A stretch of 54,883 nt of DNA, the filler included, from Basidioascus undulatus (taxonomy: Eukaryota), in the NCBI GenBank assembly GCA_000826855.1. It is 3 parts of 3 records of this genome, joined end to end, with 100 filler letters (N's around TTAATTAATTAA, not from the genome) between each part and the next. Parts side by side here need not be neighbours in the genome. Positions count along the whole stretch, not along the records: positions 1 to 18,236 come from JTLS01000478.1; positions 18,337 to 36,562 come from JTLS01000479.1; 1 more part is not named here. One strand, given 5' to 3'. Positions 12,598 to 24,667 of the stretch are shown piece after piece (position 1 is the first letter of the stretch; the number at the start of each line of letters is the position of its first letter). The notes under the pieces are model-generated. The model was not told the DNA's origin, made no database searches, and saw only the letters and a list, made by a program, of their open reading frames with translations. The position numbers and the translations under genes are program-made.

Positions 12598-13457
12598 GGC
12601 CGAGGAGGGGCGACGGCTGGAGCAACTAAGGGATCTTGAAAACTGAAATTTATTTCCTCAATCTCTGCGCAAGTCTGTCTACAATGCTACCCCGTTGCGA
12701 AGTCAGACTGAAAAGCAAGTGACGTCACTGCGTTCTATACTTCTTGTAGCTCACATTCTCCTGTCTCCTGGACGCCCCCTAAGAGCGAAAAAGGACTTGT
12801 TGCAGTTTCGAGGAGAGGAGAAGTCAGAATCCCCGAACACACATCATTGTCAGTCAATTGAAACAACTCAGTCATCTTGCTTTGGACCTGATCCAGCGCT
12901 TTGCAAGCACGTACCGAAGACCAAAGAGAAGGCCTTAATACAGCAGAAACTTTGAACACGAGGACTTTGCAAATATGATCACGCTTTCGGTGAGTAGATT
13001 AACAGGAATGGAGGCAGACTGTGGCTTTCGCTACAGCCGCTGATTGACATCTGAGCTCCACAACTATTCATCTGTGACTTGCGCTCGAGTCGTTTTCTTC
13101 TGAAGGAAGTCCCTAGAATTGGTATATTGAGACCGTACACCGCTGCACCGCCTCCTGCAGACTGCGACACTGCCTTCGGCTCACCTGGACTGGATTGAAT
13201 GTCGTCTCCAACTGCGTGTCTGCCTCCGCTCATCCGTTTGAACCAGCAGGTCGGGCATCGCCCAGCTTTTTTCCTCGGCATAATCCGAATCCCCTTCTAA
13301 TTGATTCAGACTGTGCTGGTTTCCCTCCTTGGAAGGAACGGCCCCCCACCGCACGTATTCCAGCGGAAGTGATGTTCGTCGTATAAAAGACGCTTGCTTC
13401 TCACAGCGTTTCCCTTCCAGATAATCTAGCCTTCAGTCGATCTTCCATTTGTACACG

Positions 13458-14853
13458 ATGCGCAATACCCTTATCGCACTCGCCTTGCTCGCGTCTCTCG
13501 GCGCCGCCGCCACCGTGCTCAGCCCGCGCCAGGCCCTCGACGACGATCCGTGTGTGTCCGACGCCGACTGCGCCTCCCGCGCATGCGTGTCGACGCCATT
13601 CCCGGATGACCGGTCCCGCATCTGCGGGGGGACGAACCTTCCGGATTCGTACAGTTGTTGGGAGACGCGTCAATGCTCAGTACGTCTCTCCTCTCTTCGG
13701 GAGCATAGTAGGAGGCGCACTCGACTTACATGGACTGCGGGTTGCATGGACAGGAAGGATACTACTGCCCTCTTCCTGACGACCTCAACCAGCTCGAGTA
13801 CCAGTGCCGCCCTATTTCCGAGCAGCAGGACCAGCCCGACGGCGCGTTCTGCGACGTCGATTCCAACTGCGCTAGCGGTGCGTTTCGTTTTCCCTGCCAC
13901 TTCGTCTGAGCGAGCTGAAAGTTGGGCCACCCGGTGACCATAAAGGTGCCTGCCTCCTCCCCCCGGTCGGCCGCTCCATCTGTGGTTCCCTCGACGTTCC
14001 GCTCGACGGGGAGTGCGTTGACTCGCGGCAGTGCCAGGTACGTGCCGGGATCCGAGAGCACAACGACTCCCAAGTATCCATCTGACGTGTTGATCTGTTT
14101 TCGTCCTGTGAACAGGACGGACACTATTGTCCGCTGCCCAACGACCCATCCGGCTACGAGGGTCAGTGCAGGCTTGACGACCCGCCCACTGGCAGCAAGC
14201 TGGACGACGAGCCTTGCACAGTCAATGATGAGTGCGTGTCAGGTGCAATTTCTCCTCTCCCTTTTCTTTCAAAATATTGCATCGCTGAGCAATCCCGGAG
14301 TATGACTTGATTCTAGGCCTGTGCGTTGATAATACTCAAGGCGAGACCGTGTGCGGGAGCGGCGACCTTCCCCTCGACCAGTCATGCTGGGAGACTCGAC
14401 AGTGCTCTGTGCGTTCTCGCAATACTCGCCTCCTTTATTTCCTGTAGTGTAGAGCAACGAACTTTCCACGCTAACCTCGGTGTCTGCTCCACCCTCACAG
14501 GCCGGCCTCTACTGCTCCGCCCCCGGCGACGACGACACGTTCGAGTATCAGTGCCGCTCTAAGACGGACGACACGCCTACGGACCCGACTACTCCGACTG
14601 TCCCCGGCTCCGGTGGGAACAATGGTAGCCCCAACAACGGCGGCTCGAACAACGGCTCCGGCTCCGGCTCTGGTTCGCGCGGCGGCGGTACGGGCACGAG
14701 CACGACCTCCGCCAGGCGAACCGGGGCGTCGGGCAGCTCCAGCGGGAATAGCGCTCTGTCCGATTGCACGGTTCCGAGCGCTGGGGGTATCCTTGGTGCA
14801 GTTGCGGTGCTGTGGGTGTGTTCGTGGGGCCCGGAATGCTTCAGCTTTTTTGA
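13458..14853 (+). CDS. Secreted Cys-repeat (C-x5-C-x4-C type) cell-surface protein with Gly/Ser/Thr stalk, probable GPI anchor
   Basis: TATAAAA at about 13382 and signal MRNTLIALALLASLGAAA. Repeats DDPCVSDADCASRAC, GAFCDVDSNCASG and DEPCTVNDECVSG precede a GGNNGS/SGSG stalk. The hydrophobic tail needs a 1-nt frame correction near 14808. Confidence 0.75.
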
Positions 14854-16249
14854 TTCGGATTGTCATGTACGGCGGGGGATCACACGGAATTCACATTGGC
14901 TTGAGCATGAAAGGCATTGTTACATAATCTCTAGCGTTGGCTCTGGCCGTACCTTCTCCTTCTTTTCTCGTCGTTCAATATCCGGCTGGTTTCGACGTGT
15001 TTCCTTAATTCACATACAAAGAGAATCATATACGAAGTATCACATTACTCCCCTTCAAGACTTCTTTGTCAATGCGGACGCCGTGAATGAGATAAGCCGC
15101 CGCAAGAGCGGTCGGGAGGACGGAAGGGGGTGGCGATGTATCGAACGCCTCAAAATCCGCATATACGCTCAGCTGCATGTTTTAAAGCGCTCTCCAAGGG
15201 AGTTTTGCTTATGATGAATGAAGTAGGGAACGAGTGTGCACAACATCAGAGGGTAAAGGGCAGGATAACCCGTCGGTCCCTCGAGTGGGTTCAAAACAGC
15301 TCCAGAGGCTCCGAACATACAGCGCGCGCACCAACCCGCACACTTTCCACACAAAATACAGTGCGTTAATTTGAAAGGCTTTCATAGCCGCCTTGATAGA
15401 AGTTCCAGCGCCCCCAGCACCCCCAGATCCTCCCGAATGCGCCCCTCCGCCTCTGTATCGTCCGCAAAGGCAAAGTGCCACGTTTTGAGCACCCGTCTTG
15501 ACCTGTCCGTAAGAAAGGAATATAAGTAGAGAATCTCTTAAATGTCTGAGTTGACTTCCCTATAGCCCCCACAGCCGCTACCGTCAAGTGGGCGTGGGGT
15601 GTAGCTGCAGCACCGGCAGCTGTGGACAATGCGCCCCTCCCTCCCAGCCACTGGTCTAGCCCGAGATTTCACTTGCTTCCATTTTTAGAACTACGAAACC
15701 TGACCTCTCATTTCTAGAAATGACCTCCATGAGGGTCTTCACGTCAACGACACAGTAGCGACACGCCCGCGACACGACGTTGGGGCGATGTTTCCCGAGC
15801 TTGAGCGCTCTTTCGGGCATGGCGATGACCCTTCAGGACAACTTAAAATCTTAACACGTGAATCACGTCCATGCACTTACTATCGCTCTCGACTCCAGCG
15901 CCGCATCTGCCCAGCCAATGTTGGGTTTCGCTGCCTTTTCCGGCGAGGTGTTCCGCTAGCCTACCAGCGATCTGAAATCTCTGGATTCTCCTATGTCGAG
16001 CGTTCTTGCATGACTCAAGTCACGATGAAGGTTGTCCAGGGCAGCGAGCTGCAGCACTGAGCAGGTAAGCGGGAGAATTTGACACCAGGCCGGCGTCTTT
16101 AACATTTAAGGGATGGTCTCTATTCACTCATTCTTCAGGATACATAAGCGCAAGGGGCGCATCCCAATTATTCACATTATGCGGAATCACTTGCATAGCC
16201 CGACATGGTCATACGCATCCCCAAGCCGCTTCCACATCCCCACCACGTG

Positions 16250-17137
16250 CTAAGCTCCCCTATTTCTTCGCATGCTTTGCAAAGTCGTCAAGGACCTTCT
16301 GAGTAGTCTTTTCGCCCGCCCTCGACTTCGGACTTCCGGCTGGGGACGAGCTCGGCCAGACGGTCCACGTACGGCTGCAGAGCGGGCAAGCAAGCAGTTC
16401 AGTTGGGGTTCGAAGTCCGGTCGGGGGAGCCGTCGAACCACGGACCTGGATGTCCTTGTCAAGCGCCGCTCAATCATGCACTTTCCTCGGGCGTTGAGGT
16501 AGAGATGCTTACGGTAGTCCTTGCTGAGGATCTTGCCCTGCGCCTCTTCTCAGGCCGTCGCCAACTGAACGTCCGAGGTGATCAGCACCGCCTTTGGTAC
16601 TATCGACTAGACGTCTGAGACGCACGTTCTGAACGGCGGTGAAAACATCATCGGCGTATTTAACCTCGTAGGGGACCTATTGAATGTCAAGAAGCATCAG
16701 CGCCAGCTGTTTCTCGAGGACCCAGATCGGTATACCACGGCGAAAGTGTTCGGCTGGGCGTTCTGGAAGATTCTCTCTACATAGCGTCAGTAAGTGGATT
16801 TGAAGCCGGATAACGGGGGAAACGTACGCACACGGAAATTCTGCTCCACGACCTTCCTCAGTGCGGCGTACTGCGGCTGCAGCGTCGTCTTGAGCTCTCA
16901 GAACAAGTTGCGCGTGTTGAGGGTGAGAGTCGCAAGGTCGGTGATGACGGTAGAGGGCGTGTCAATGTGCGTCTGGCGCTATATATCAAAGCATATGTCA
17001 GGCACTTGGCTACCTCAAACGTGTGCGTGCAATGCTCACCCAGCTGAGGCATTGGCATCGGTGTTGGGGGTCGGCGACGCGAAGACGCAGGTGGCAGCAC
17101 CTAGCAGGGCTAGGAGGGTGAGCGCAGATAACTTCAT
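16250..17137 (-). pseudogene. Decayed gene for a small secreted protein
   Basis: Clear signal peptide MKLSALTLLALLGAATCVFASP and a GTGAGC intron. The next coding-like exon RQTHIDTPSTVITDLATLTLNTRNLF*ELKTTLQPQYAALRKVVEQNF carries an in-frame TGA and a phase mismatch. 3' extent uncertain. Confidence 0.45.
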
Positions 17138-18051
17138 ATTGATCATGGACCGGTAGAGATGATTTGAGAGAAGCAGAAGCGAGCCTTGGACTTTTGGATG
17201 TGAGAATGCGACGCAGCCGAACTTATAGGGAGCCCGGGCAGGGGTGCGCCTCTAGCGCACACGCTCTACGCAACCACAAGCTCTGAGCAACCTGCCGGGC
17301 TCTTTTCTTAATTTTGACTATGCTGGAACAGAACGCTCAATTTCCGGTACGCTTTCTACACTTTGCACGACTGACCCATCGAAGCCGCTCAGGCAACGGC
17401 CGGAGGAAGAACATCAATGCCCACGAGGCTGCCAGCGAAACTGCCTGCGGTGGCAGGACTGCGAGTCAACAACCTAAAAGGGAGGGAGAGTATAGCAATT
17501 GGGAATCTTTCCAATGGTTCGTACACAGACTTGGGCGTCCATTCTTTCACCACAGCTGCGAACGCAGCTTGGGCATGTCGCGGCGCCACCGTTGGACTGC
17601 TGTGGCTCGGTCAGTGAGCTTTCCTGCTCGGTCTTGGCGGTCAAGGCGGACAATTATTCTGGAATCATCAAATAATCCAATCAGTTGCTCACTTCCAGGT
17701 TGGTGCTACGCTGGCCCGAACAAGGCGGGTCAGTACAACGTCTGAGAGCCGAAAGTCCGGGCGCCTCTTTCGGCGCTCGTACCGAAAGGAGCAGTAGTAG
17801 CACGGCAGCCCAGGTGCCACGGACTGACCGCCCGCGGCCACACGGCGCTGCGCCTGCAGTGTGACAACTTGATATCCCGGAGTTGCTGCAGAAGCAAATG
17901 CGGGTTTGAACAGGAAGAGCGACATAATGGTGGGTCTGCATGGGCGCAAAACGCCAGAAGCTTAGCAGATACGGCGAAGGTGGGACGATGCTTCGCGGTT
18001 CGCAGCGCACTGGCTGAACAGCGAATAGGCCCATTCCCGTTCAAAACGCAA

Positions 18052-18125
18052 CATTATCTATGATCTATCGTCCTCATGAAGTCCGTTCATTATCTATGAT
18101 CTATCGTCCTCATGAAGTCCGTTCA
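18052..18125. repeat. Perfect 36-bp tandem duplication
   Basis: CATTATCTATGATCTATCGTCCTCATGAAGTCCGTT occurs twice head to tail. Confidence 0.95.
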
Positions 18126-18236
18126 AATATCTACTCTAATCATCTACCCGAAATCTACCCACCCCTCCATCCGCCTGCTCTCCCCCTCAAAGTCTCAAAG
18201 GCCCGCGATCCCCCCACTCCCACTCTCATCCCCCCG

Positions 18237-18336
18237 NNNNNNNNNNNNNNNNNNNNNNNNNNNNNNNNNNNNNNNNNNNNTTAATTAATTAANNNNNNNN
18301 NNNNNNNNNNNNNNNNNNNNNNNNNNNNNNNNNNNN
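18237..18336. other. Assembly spacer (44 N + TTAATTAATTAA + 44 N)
   Basis: Artificial linker with stop codons in all six frames. Confidence 0.99.
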
Positions 18337-21300
18337 CATATAAGCAGCTATCGAGACATTAGACAGTTTGGACCGCTTTTGCTCCCCAAGTTTCCCGAAC
18401 GGGTTTCAGTTTGCGGATCATGAAGCGACAAAACTGAGCTCGAATGAGCTCGTGTTGGTGGCCTCAGCGGACTCCACTAGACATGTACGTACGAGACAGG
18501 AAAAAGGCTCAACGAATGTTAAGCTACTGAGTGGAGTCTCCAAAACATGGCGGAGATTCCTCAACAGGCCCGGCCGACAGCTGAGCGGGTGTGTGAAAGC
18601 GTGAAAGGGGCCCGAGGCATGCCCCTGCTCTCAGGGGCCGCTCGCTCTTGAGGAAGTTCTTGGTTACCGTGCAAATGAATTGAGAAATCCTTGAGTAACC
18701 GATACCATAGACCATCGTAAATGGCACTGAGAAAGTCGCACTCTCCACCTCATCATACAATGCTGGCCGCCACATCATCGCAAAAACACCCAACACGAAA
18801 GCGAGGTTCCAAGACACTGAACCTGTAAAAAAGGTTCCCTGAAGCCCTCGGGTCTCAGCGAATCGAACATCTCGAGGGCTGAAAGACGTCGTTGAGTTAT
18901 CATGATTAAGCTATGAGACTAGAATAAGTTTAGTTATGTGGATGGCTGAATGACAAGAAGAGGGAGCTCGTGAGGAACTGTGATCTGCTTCTTCGCTACG
19001 GCTGTGCCGCCATGTGGGGGCAGTTTGTGGGAGGTCCGACAGAGCGGTCCGTCCGGTAGACAATCTCTCGGAGCATCGTATCCAATAAATCGGGTATATC
19101 CCGTTCCGGCGGAATGATCAAAGCTGGTGGGCGTTGGGGATCCACACTAAAGATAGGGACGGTGAAGCCGTGAATAGGGGCGTGTGCCTGGCGAAATTCA
19201 GCGGCATAGGAGCACAGGTACCTTCGGGCACCGAGCTCCAGCTCCCAAGCATGGCATTTTGAATACTGCTTCGGACATTTGAAAGTTCCAAACGGCCGTG
19301 TCCGTGGGTCCTTGCATGTCATTCCCCCCGGCCAGCGTCGTCCAAGCGACCCGAGTGTAAGGTGAAGCCCCGATGATCCAGCTCCCAAGACTTGAGAGGC
19401 GTCGCCTACTCTCCTATACAGCGGGCATTTCTCTAACCTTTAGCCTTTGGCGGTGCGTGAGCTGCGCAGTTGCGGCAGTTGGCGCAGGATGGCAACGTTC
19501 TCTTGCAACGGCGTTCAGGCCTGCAACCTGCTGTTCAGGATCTGAGTCCCACGAAGGACCAATTCCAATGCATTCAGAACTAGCTTTAGGAACCCTTTCA
19601 CTTCAAAACAGCGCTTTTATCCCCCCATGGGCTATTTCGTCTAAAGGTGGCTGTGGGCTTCCTCCGACCGATGTCGAGAAAGAGTACAGTGCTTGCCGGT
19701 CAAACGAGTAGAACAGTTCGAGTTGTACTAAAGACACTGTAACATGAAGGAGATATTCCAGCTTGAAACGTCGTTAGAGCGCGCTTCAGCGTGAACACTT
19801 GCGCAATTAAAACGAACAACAGCATCTGCGTTTTGCTTCGCTAGGCCCGCTTTCGGGGATTGACCACTGGGCACTGCTGTATACGTTTTTAAAAAATATA
19901 GCAATATTGGAATGATGGCCAATTACTGGCCAGGGACCGACAGCGGGGAAGATCCTATGCACCGAGTTCCGATCTGCGCTTCCTTCCCTCAGGCTCCCGC
20001 CCTCATCATCTTCAGCGCCCGTACTCTCACTTCGCACCGATCGCCCTCATACCACTGTCTGACGCTGACTCTGCGACCTTTCAAAACTCTCAACCCGGAC
20101 TTCATTCGCTCGAAATCTCCCGAAGCGGGGATGGACTCTTCGAAGAAAAGATCAAGCGCTGCGCCCCTTAAGCGCGGGCGCGATCCTGGCTGGGGCCGCG
20201 GCGCATTCGAAAGCTTGAAGCAGGTGTTCGAGCCTGACACCCCACGAAGCCGTACGTGATAAGATGCTTAATCCTCGGCATCATCACTGTTGCTCATGCA
20301 TCGTGAGTCCTATCCGAAAGCACAGCTTCGCCCGCCGGACGCGTGCCGCTCCCGCCACCGCCACGCCGACCTGCTGGCGAAGTCGGTGAGCCCCCGACTT
20401 CCTTTGACACTCCTTACCATTGAAGTATGCTGAAGATACTCTTTTGCGGATTCAGGATCATCCACGAAGCGATCGACCGCCCGTTCCTCGGACGCTTCTG
20501 GCGGTCGACCGACGGCCCACTCTCCCGTTGCCTTACAGCCCTCTCTCGGCGCTCAATCTCCTCAACGGCTTCCGAAATCCCGCTCGACTACCACGGATAC
20601 TCCCTCAAAACCGCTGAAATCACTGAACCCTCTTAACCCACCCTCATTCAATATCCCCGCCCTTTACTCCACAACCTCACACTCGTCCTCACCGTTCACC
20701 CCTCTTCGCCCTCCTTCCGCCCGTTCTACCTCCTCTCGAACGACTACGCCATCCAAGGCCGCGCCTATCACGGCTTGCGCACTTGATCTTGGACGCGGGG
20801 TACATGAGTCGCCCGCAGCGCCGGCTCTGGAAGGAATGAGCCGGCTCAGTGCCTTGAGACCGCCGTCGGCCAGCGTAGGGAAGGGGAAGGGGCGCGAGGA
20901 CGTAAAGCCTCTGTCCGAGACTGCATTGGGTGGACGTTTCGGGAGAGGGGATGGCGTGTCGATCGAGGTGGCCGGCGCGGCCCTGTCGCCGCGCAACGTG
21001 AAGACAAAAAGCGGATACTCGCGGTGTGTCTCGATCATGCTCATCTCGGTTAACCCGCTGATCCGAAAGGGACGTCCGTCGTGTTTTTCAGGAACGGCCT
21101 CGCCGAGCGTCTCTCCCACCTAGTCGTGCGACAGCAGACTTCGCACGCGCTATGGGAGCACTCGCTCCTCCGCTACCCAGCGTCATCCACCGCGTCCCCG
21201 CCGTCCCTAGTCCTCCGCGTCAAGCGCGAGCTGCACTCGAGTGCGCATGGCGCTTTGGCGCTATGCGTCATCATCGACGACGGAGAGGAGCCTGAAGGCG

Positions 21301-22088
21301 AAAGGATGTTGGGCAGCGAGGACGAGGGTCTGGTGCTGTTCAGCCGAGCGTTTAGCGGAGACGGCGGAGAAGTTCGTGAGGGTACCAGAGTGGGTGTTTG
21401 GGAAGGGTGGGAGGAGATCAAGCTGGAGGGAAGCGCGGGCGACGGAGAGGGGAAGAGTGCCTTGTTGTGCGGGAGATGGCGTGTATTGCAAGATGAAGGG
21501 TAGAAGCAAAGGTTCAGGCTGTTCGCAGGTCGTGCATATTGTTTCCTTTGCTGAAAACTGGATAGAAACATTCAGCAATCGTTGAGCCTCGCGAAGAACG
21601 ACAACCGAATGGAGCAAGCTGATGCCCCTCTACACCCGACGCTATCCAGAACAAAAGACAGGAATTGCGGAACGCAAGTACTGGTACCTATTGGAAGCGG
21701 GTAATCTTGGCCAAGCATGCGCGGTGCGTCGCGGTGTAAGCAGTTGACAAATGCAGAGCTCACAAAAACATTCCGATTCAAACGGACTCGAACATTTGAA
21801 CTTCCTTACAGCAATCCAAGCAGCTTTACAACCAACAGTTTTCTAGTTTCCATAAATGCGGCAAATTCACAAAGAAGTCCAGGCGCATGGTTGTGGATGA
21901 TCCTGTGAAGGCTTACATGTCGGGCATGGATCTCCCTTGGTCGCCTTTTGCATGAATTTCATGAGAACCGGTTTCTGCCAACGACTAGCGCTCCTAAAAA
22001 AATATGTCTCTACAGTCTAGATCGGTGCGGAAGTGCAGGACTTGCAAGCAGATCTTGTAGGTGTAGTGCGCGCGCCAGTGCACCGATT

Positions 22089-22897
22089 TTATCCCAATGC
22101 ATCTACGCTCGAGGATGAGGCAAGACCCTCGATCGTCCTCCGTTCCTTCTCCCGGAGCTCTACAATGAGCGTCCGGAGGTCCGCCTTCGACGCCTCCTCT
22201 CCTTCAACTTCGTCCAGCCCCAGTCCGTCCCAAACCCCACCGAAGCGCTCGAGCAACCGCCTCACCCCGGCATCCCCCTTATGGCCCAGATAGAAGTCCC
22301 AAAGAGCATCCCTCCTCCCTCGATACAGGGCTTCCCGCGCGGCGCTGGGTGGACCGTGTTCGATGAGCCGGAGCAGCGCTTCCCGCTGCCATGTCGCGAC
22401 GCCGTGGCGCGTGCCGAGGTCGTAGAGGTTGGCCGGTGTGATGGGAGTGGAAAAGAGTGGGGAGCGTGCATATGAGATGAGGAGTGTTTTGAGAGGTATA
22501 GCGGAGTATCTCGTGCTGAACTCCAGCAAGGACAAGAGCGTTGAAAGCGGGTAGTCAGCGACGCTAGGCCTGTAACGAAACGAACCTTAGCTTGCTCGCA
22601 TGCCTCGTAAATGGCAGAGTAACAGGAAGGGGACGAACCAGGAGGTGATTATTTCTATCATGTACCTCCAGTCCTCCGCCGAATCCCCCATGGGCGCATA
22701 CAGCACACCGTCGGTGCTCGCCTCCACGAGCGCGTCGATCGTCGGTGAGACACCGAGGAGACGGGAGCGGCTCACTCTTAGGAAAACGCCATCAACCTGA
22801 AACCGTGTCAGTCGAAAGACAGCTCAAGAGGATAATACCAAATCCGTACTTTGACCTGAAGCTCGTCGTTGTCCGGTCGAGCCGAAAGGGTGGACAT
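22089..22897 (-). CDS. BTB/POZ-like domain protein (3 exons)
   Basis: Spliced product MSTLSARPDNDELQVK|VDGVFLRVSRSRLLGVSPTIDALV..PMGDSAEDWRYMIEII..|..LLSLLEFSTRY..LYDLGTRHGVATW resembles the basidiomycete BTB pattern (VDGV.F.V.R..L...S). Confidence 0.65.
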
Positions 22898-23292
22898 GGT
22901 GCGCATAAAGACAACCCCTGCAGCAGAGTGGGCTTGGGCAAGGTATATAAGCCGTGCAGGTGCATCGTCCCGGGAAGATCACTGGAACGTTGCGTTGATA
23001 TTAGCTCACGAAGTGTGTGCCCGTGGCAGAGCGTAAATTGAAGGTCACACCGCTGGAAAGTCGCAACGGCAGGCTGCACCGTGCCTCGTCCCGGGCGGGC
23101 CGCATGTGAGGGGCTTTGTGGCTCGGCGATCAGGTGTTGTCGCCTGACCGTTGAGATTCCTTTATCCATGCCGCATTTCACTTCTGAGACTCAACATTTG
23201 TGCTGCACCTCCCCTGACCATATAGTCATTCCATACGGATGGCCACCTCTCCTATGCACTCTCCGTACGCTTTAGGCTCCTGTTGCAATCGT

Positions 23293-23335
23293 TCTTGCCC
23301 ACTCTCTTGCCCACTCTCTTGCCCACTCTCTTGCC
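23293..23335. repeat. 12-bp tandem repeat (TCTTGCCCACTC), about 3.5 copies
   Basis: Read directly from the sequence. Confidence 0.9.
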
Positions 23336-23869
23336 AAGTATCTCCCGAAGATCTTCATCATTCTTCATCCGCTTGTCTCTCTCTCTCTTTTTTTCTCTTC
23401 ATCTCGCGCGTTTGGTAAAGAAATGATGTTTCGTGCTCTCCCAGCGCATCGGCTTGACAGCGCATCGGACTCGACCGACATGATAGACTCTCGCAAGACC
23501 GGCCGTTACCTTCCCCAGCACAAAAGCGGCGAATTACTCAGAATTGTCTTTAAAAGCAGTGTAGAAGAGACGAATAAACTACAGATGGAAGAGTGAAATA
23601 ACAAACATGCCAGAGGAAGAAAGACGAAATGAAGCAGATATCCAGACAATTCAAACACACCGTGCACAACCTCTCCCGGCAAATGCCCTCACATTATAAC
23701 AATTCTAGGCCCCCGCAGAAGTCAGCACATGCCACTGGACAGACCAGACGACGACCAGTTCAGGATATGCCCGCGACTTGTGGCCACTGGGGACCGTACG
23801 GCAGCTTCTTAGCTGAGCGTTGGTCGCAGGCACATTATACATTGTGTTAAATCTTTGACAAAACAATCC

Positions 23870-24320
23870 CTTCACACTCTCTTTCCCTTCCGCGGAGCTC
23901 TTTGATGAGCTGCCTCAGGTCCGCCGTCCACGCCTCCCCCTCACTCTCCTCCAACCCCAGCCCGTCACAAATCTCCTTTGAAGCGTTCGAGGATTGTCTT
24001 CACTCCGGCATCCCCCTTATAACCCAGGTAAAACTGTCAAAGAGCCTCCCTCCGCCCCGATACAGGGCTTCCCGTGCAGCACGTGGTGGGCCGCGCTCGA
24101 CATGCCGAAGCAGCGCTTCTTGCTTCCAGAGCGGGACACCGTGGCGCTTGCCGAGGTCGTAGAAGGTCGGCGGGACCGACCGGAGAACAAAAATGGGAGC
24201 GTGCCCGTGCGATGACGACGGATTCGAGGGGTAGCGAAGAATATGTGTTGGCTGAGCTCAAGGGAGGAGACAGGAGGGCTGAAAGTGGGTAGTCGACGAC
24301 GCTCGGCCTATACAGAGAAG
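23870..24320 (-). pseudogene. Frameshifted tandem paralog of the upstream BTB-like gene (3' exon)
   Basis: RPSVVDYPLSALL / YDLGKRHGVPLWKQEALLRHVERGPPRAAREALYRG / LGYKGDAGV aligns with 22089-22570 but switches frames and contains stops. Confidence 0.8.
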
Positions 24321-24667
24321 TGTGGTCCTCGCCTGAAAATTGGTCAAAACACCATGCATATGTGACTGCTGAGCCAAGGAAAAGGCGGACGAGGGAAACG
24401 GTCACGCAATCTACCGTACTCAAAAGTGTGGCAGCTTCCGCCTTCCAACACAGCAAATGCACTCTCGCCAGCCACACAACTTCCCCAGCCCAAAGAGAAT
24501 AGATCTGCCAGAAGTGTCCGCGAAAGTACATTACACGCCGGAGCGCCAAAGAGTCAAATAACGCACATGCCAGAAGAGAAGGACGCGAAAAAGAAACAGG
24601 TATCCTGGCAACGCCCCCACAGCGTGCGTTGCCTCTATCTTTCCTCCCCCCATATATGCTACTAACG

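Noticed and set aside
15169..15660. Short minus-strand ORFs as a pheromone precursor
   Set aside because: No C-terminal CaaX or repeated peptide units; at most an unassignable remnant.
18052..18125. 36-bp direct repeat as a CRISPR repeat
   Set aside because: Only two abutting copies, no spacer, no cas genes, and a eukaryotic genome.
18237..18336. Palindromic TTAATTAATTAA inside N runs (also 36563-36662)
   Set aside because: Artificial six-frame-stop scaffolding linker, not biological. Adjacency across it is unproven, and UTP10 does not resume after the second gap.
18524..21617. Coding-like fragments (18524-19388 minus, 19912-20636 plus, 20664-21571 minus) as transposon or gene remnants
   Set aside because: No transposase, RT or integrase motif, no terminal repeats and no consistent exon chain recognised, so they cannot be assigned without a search.
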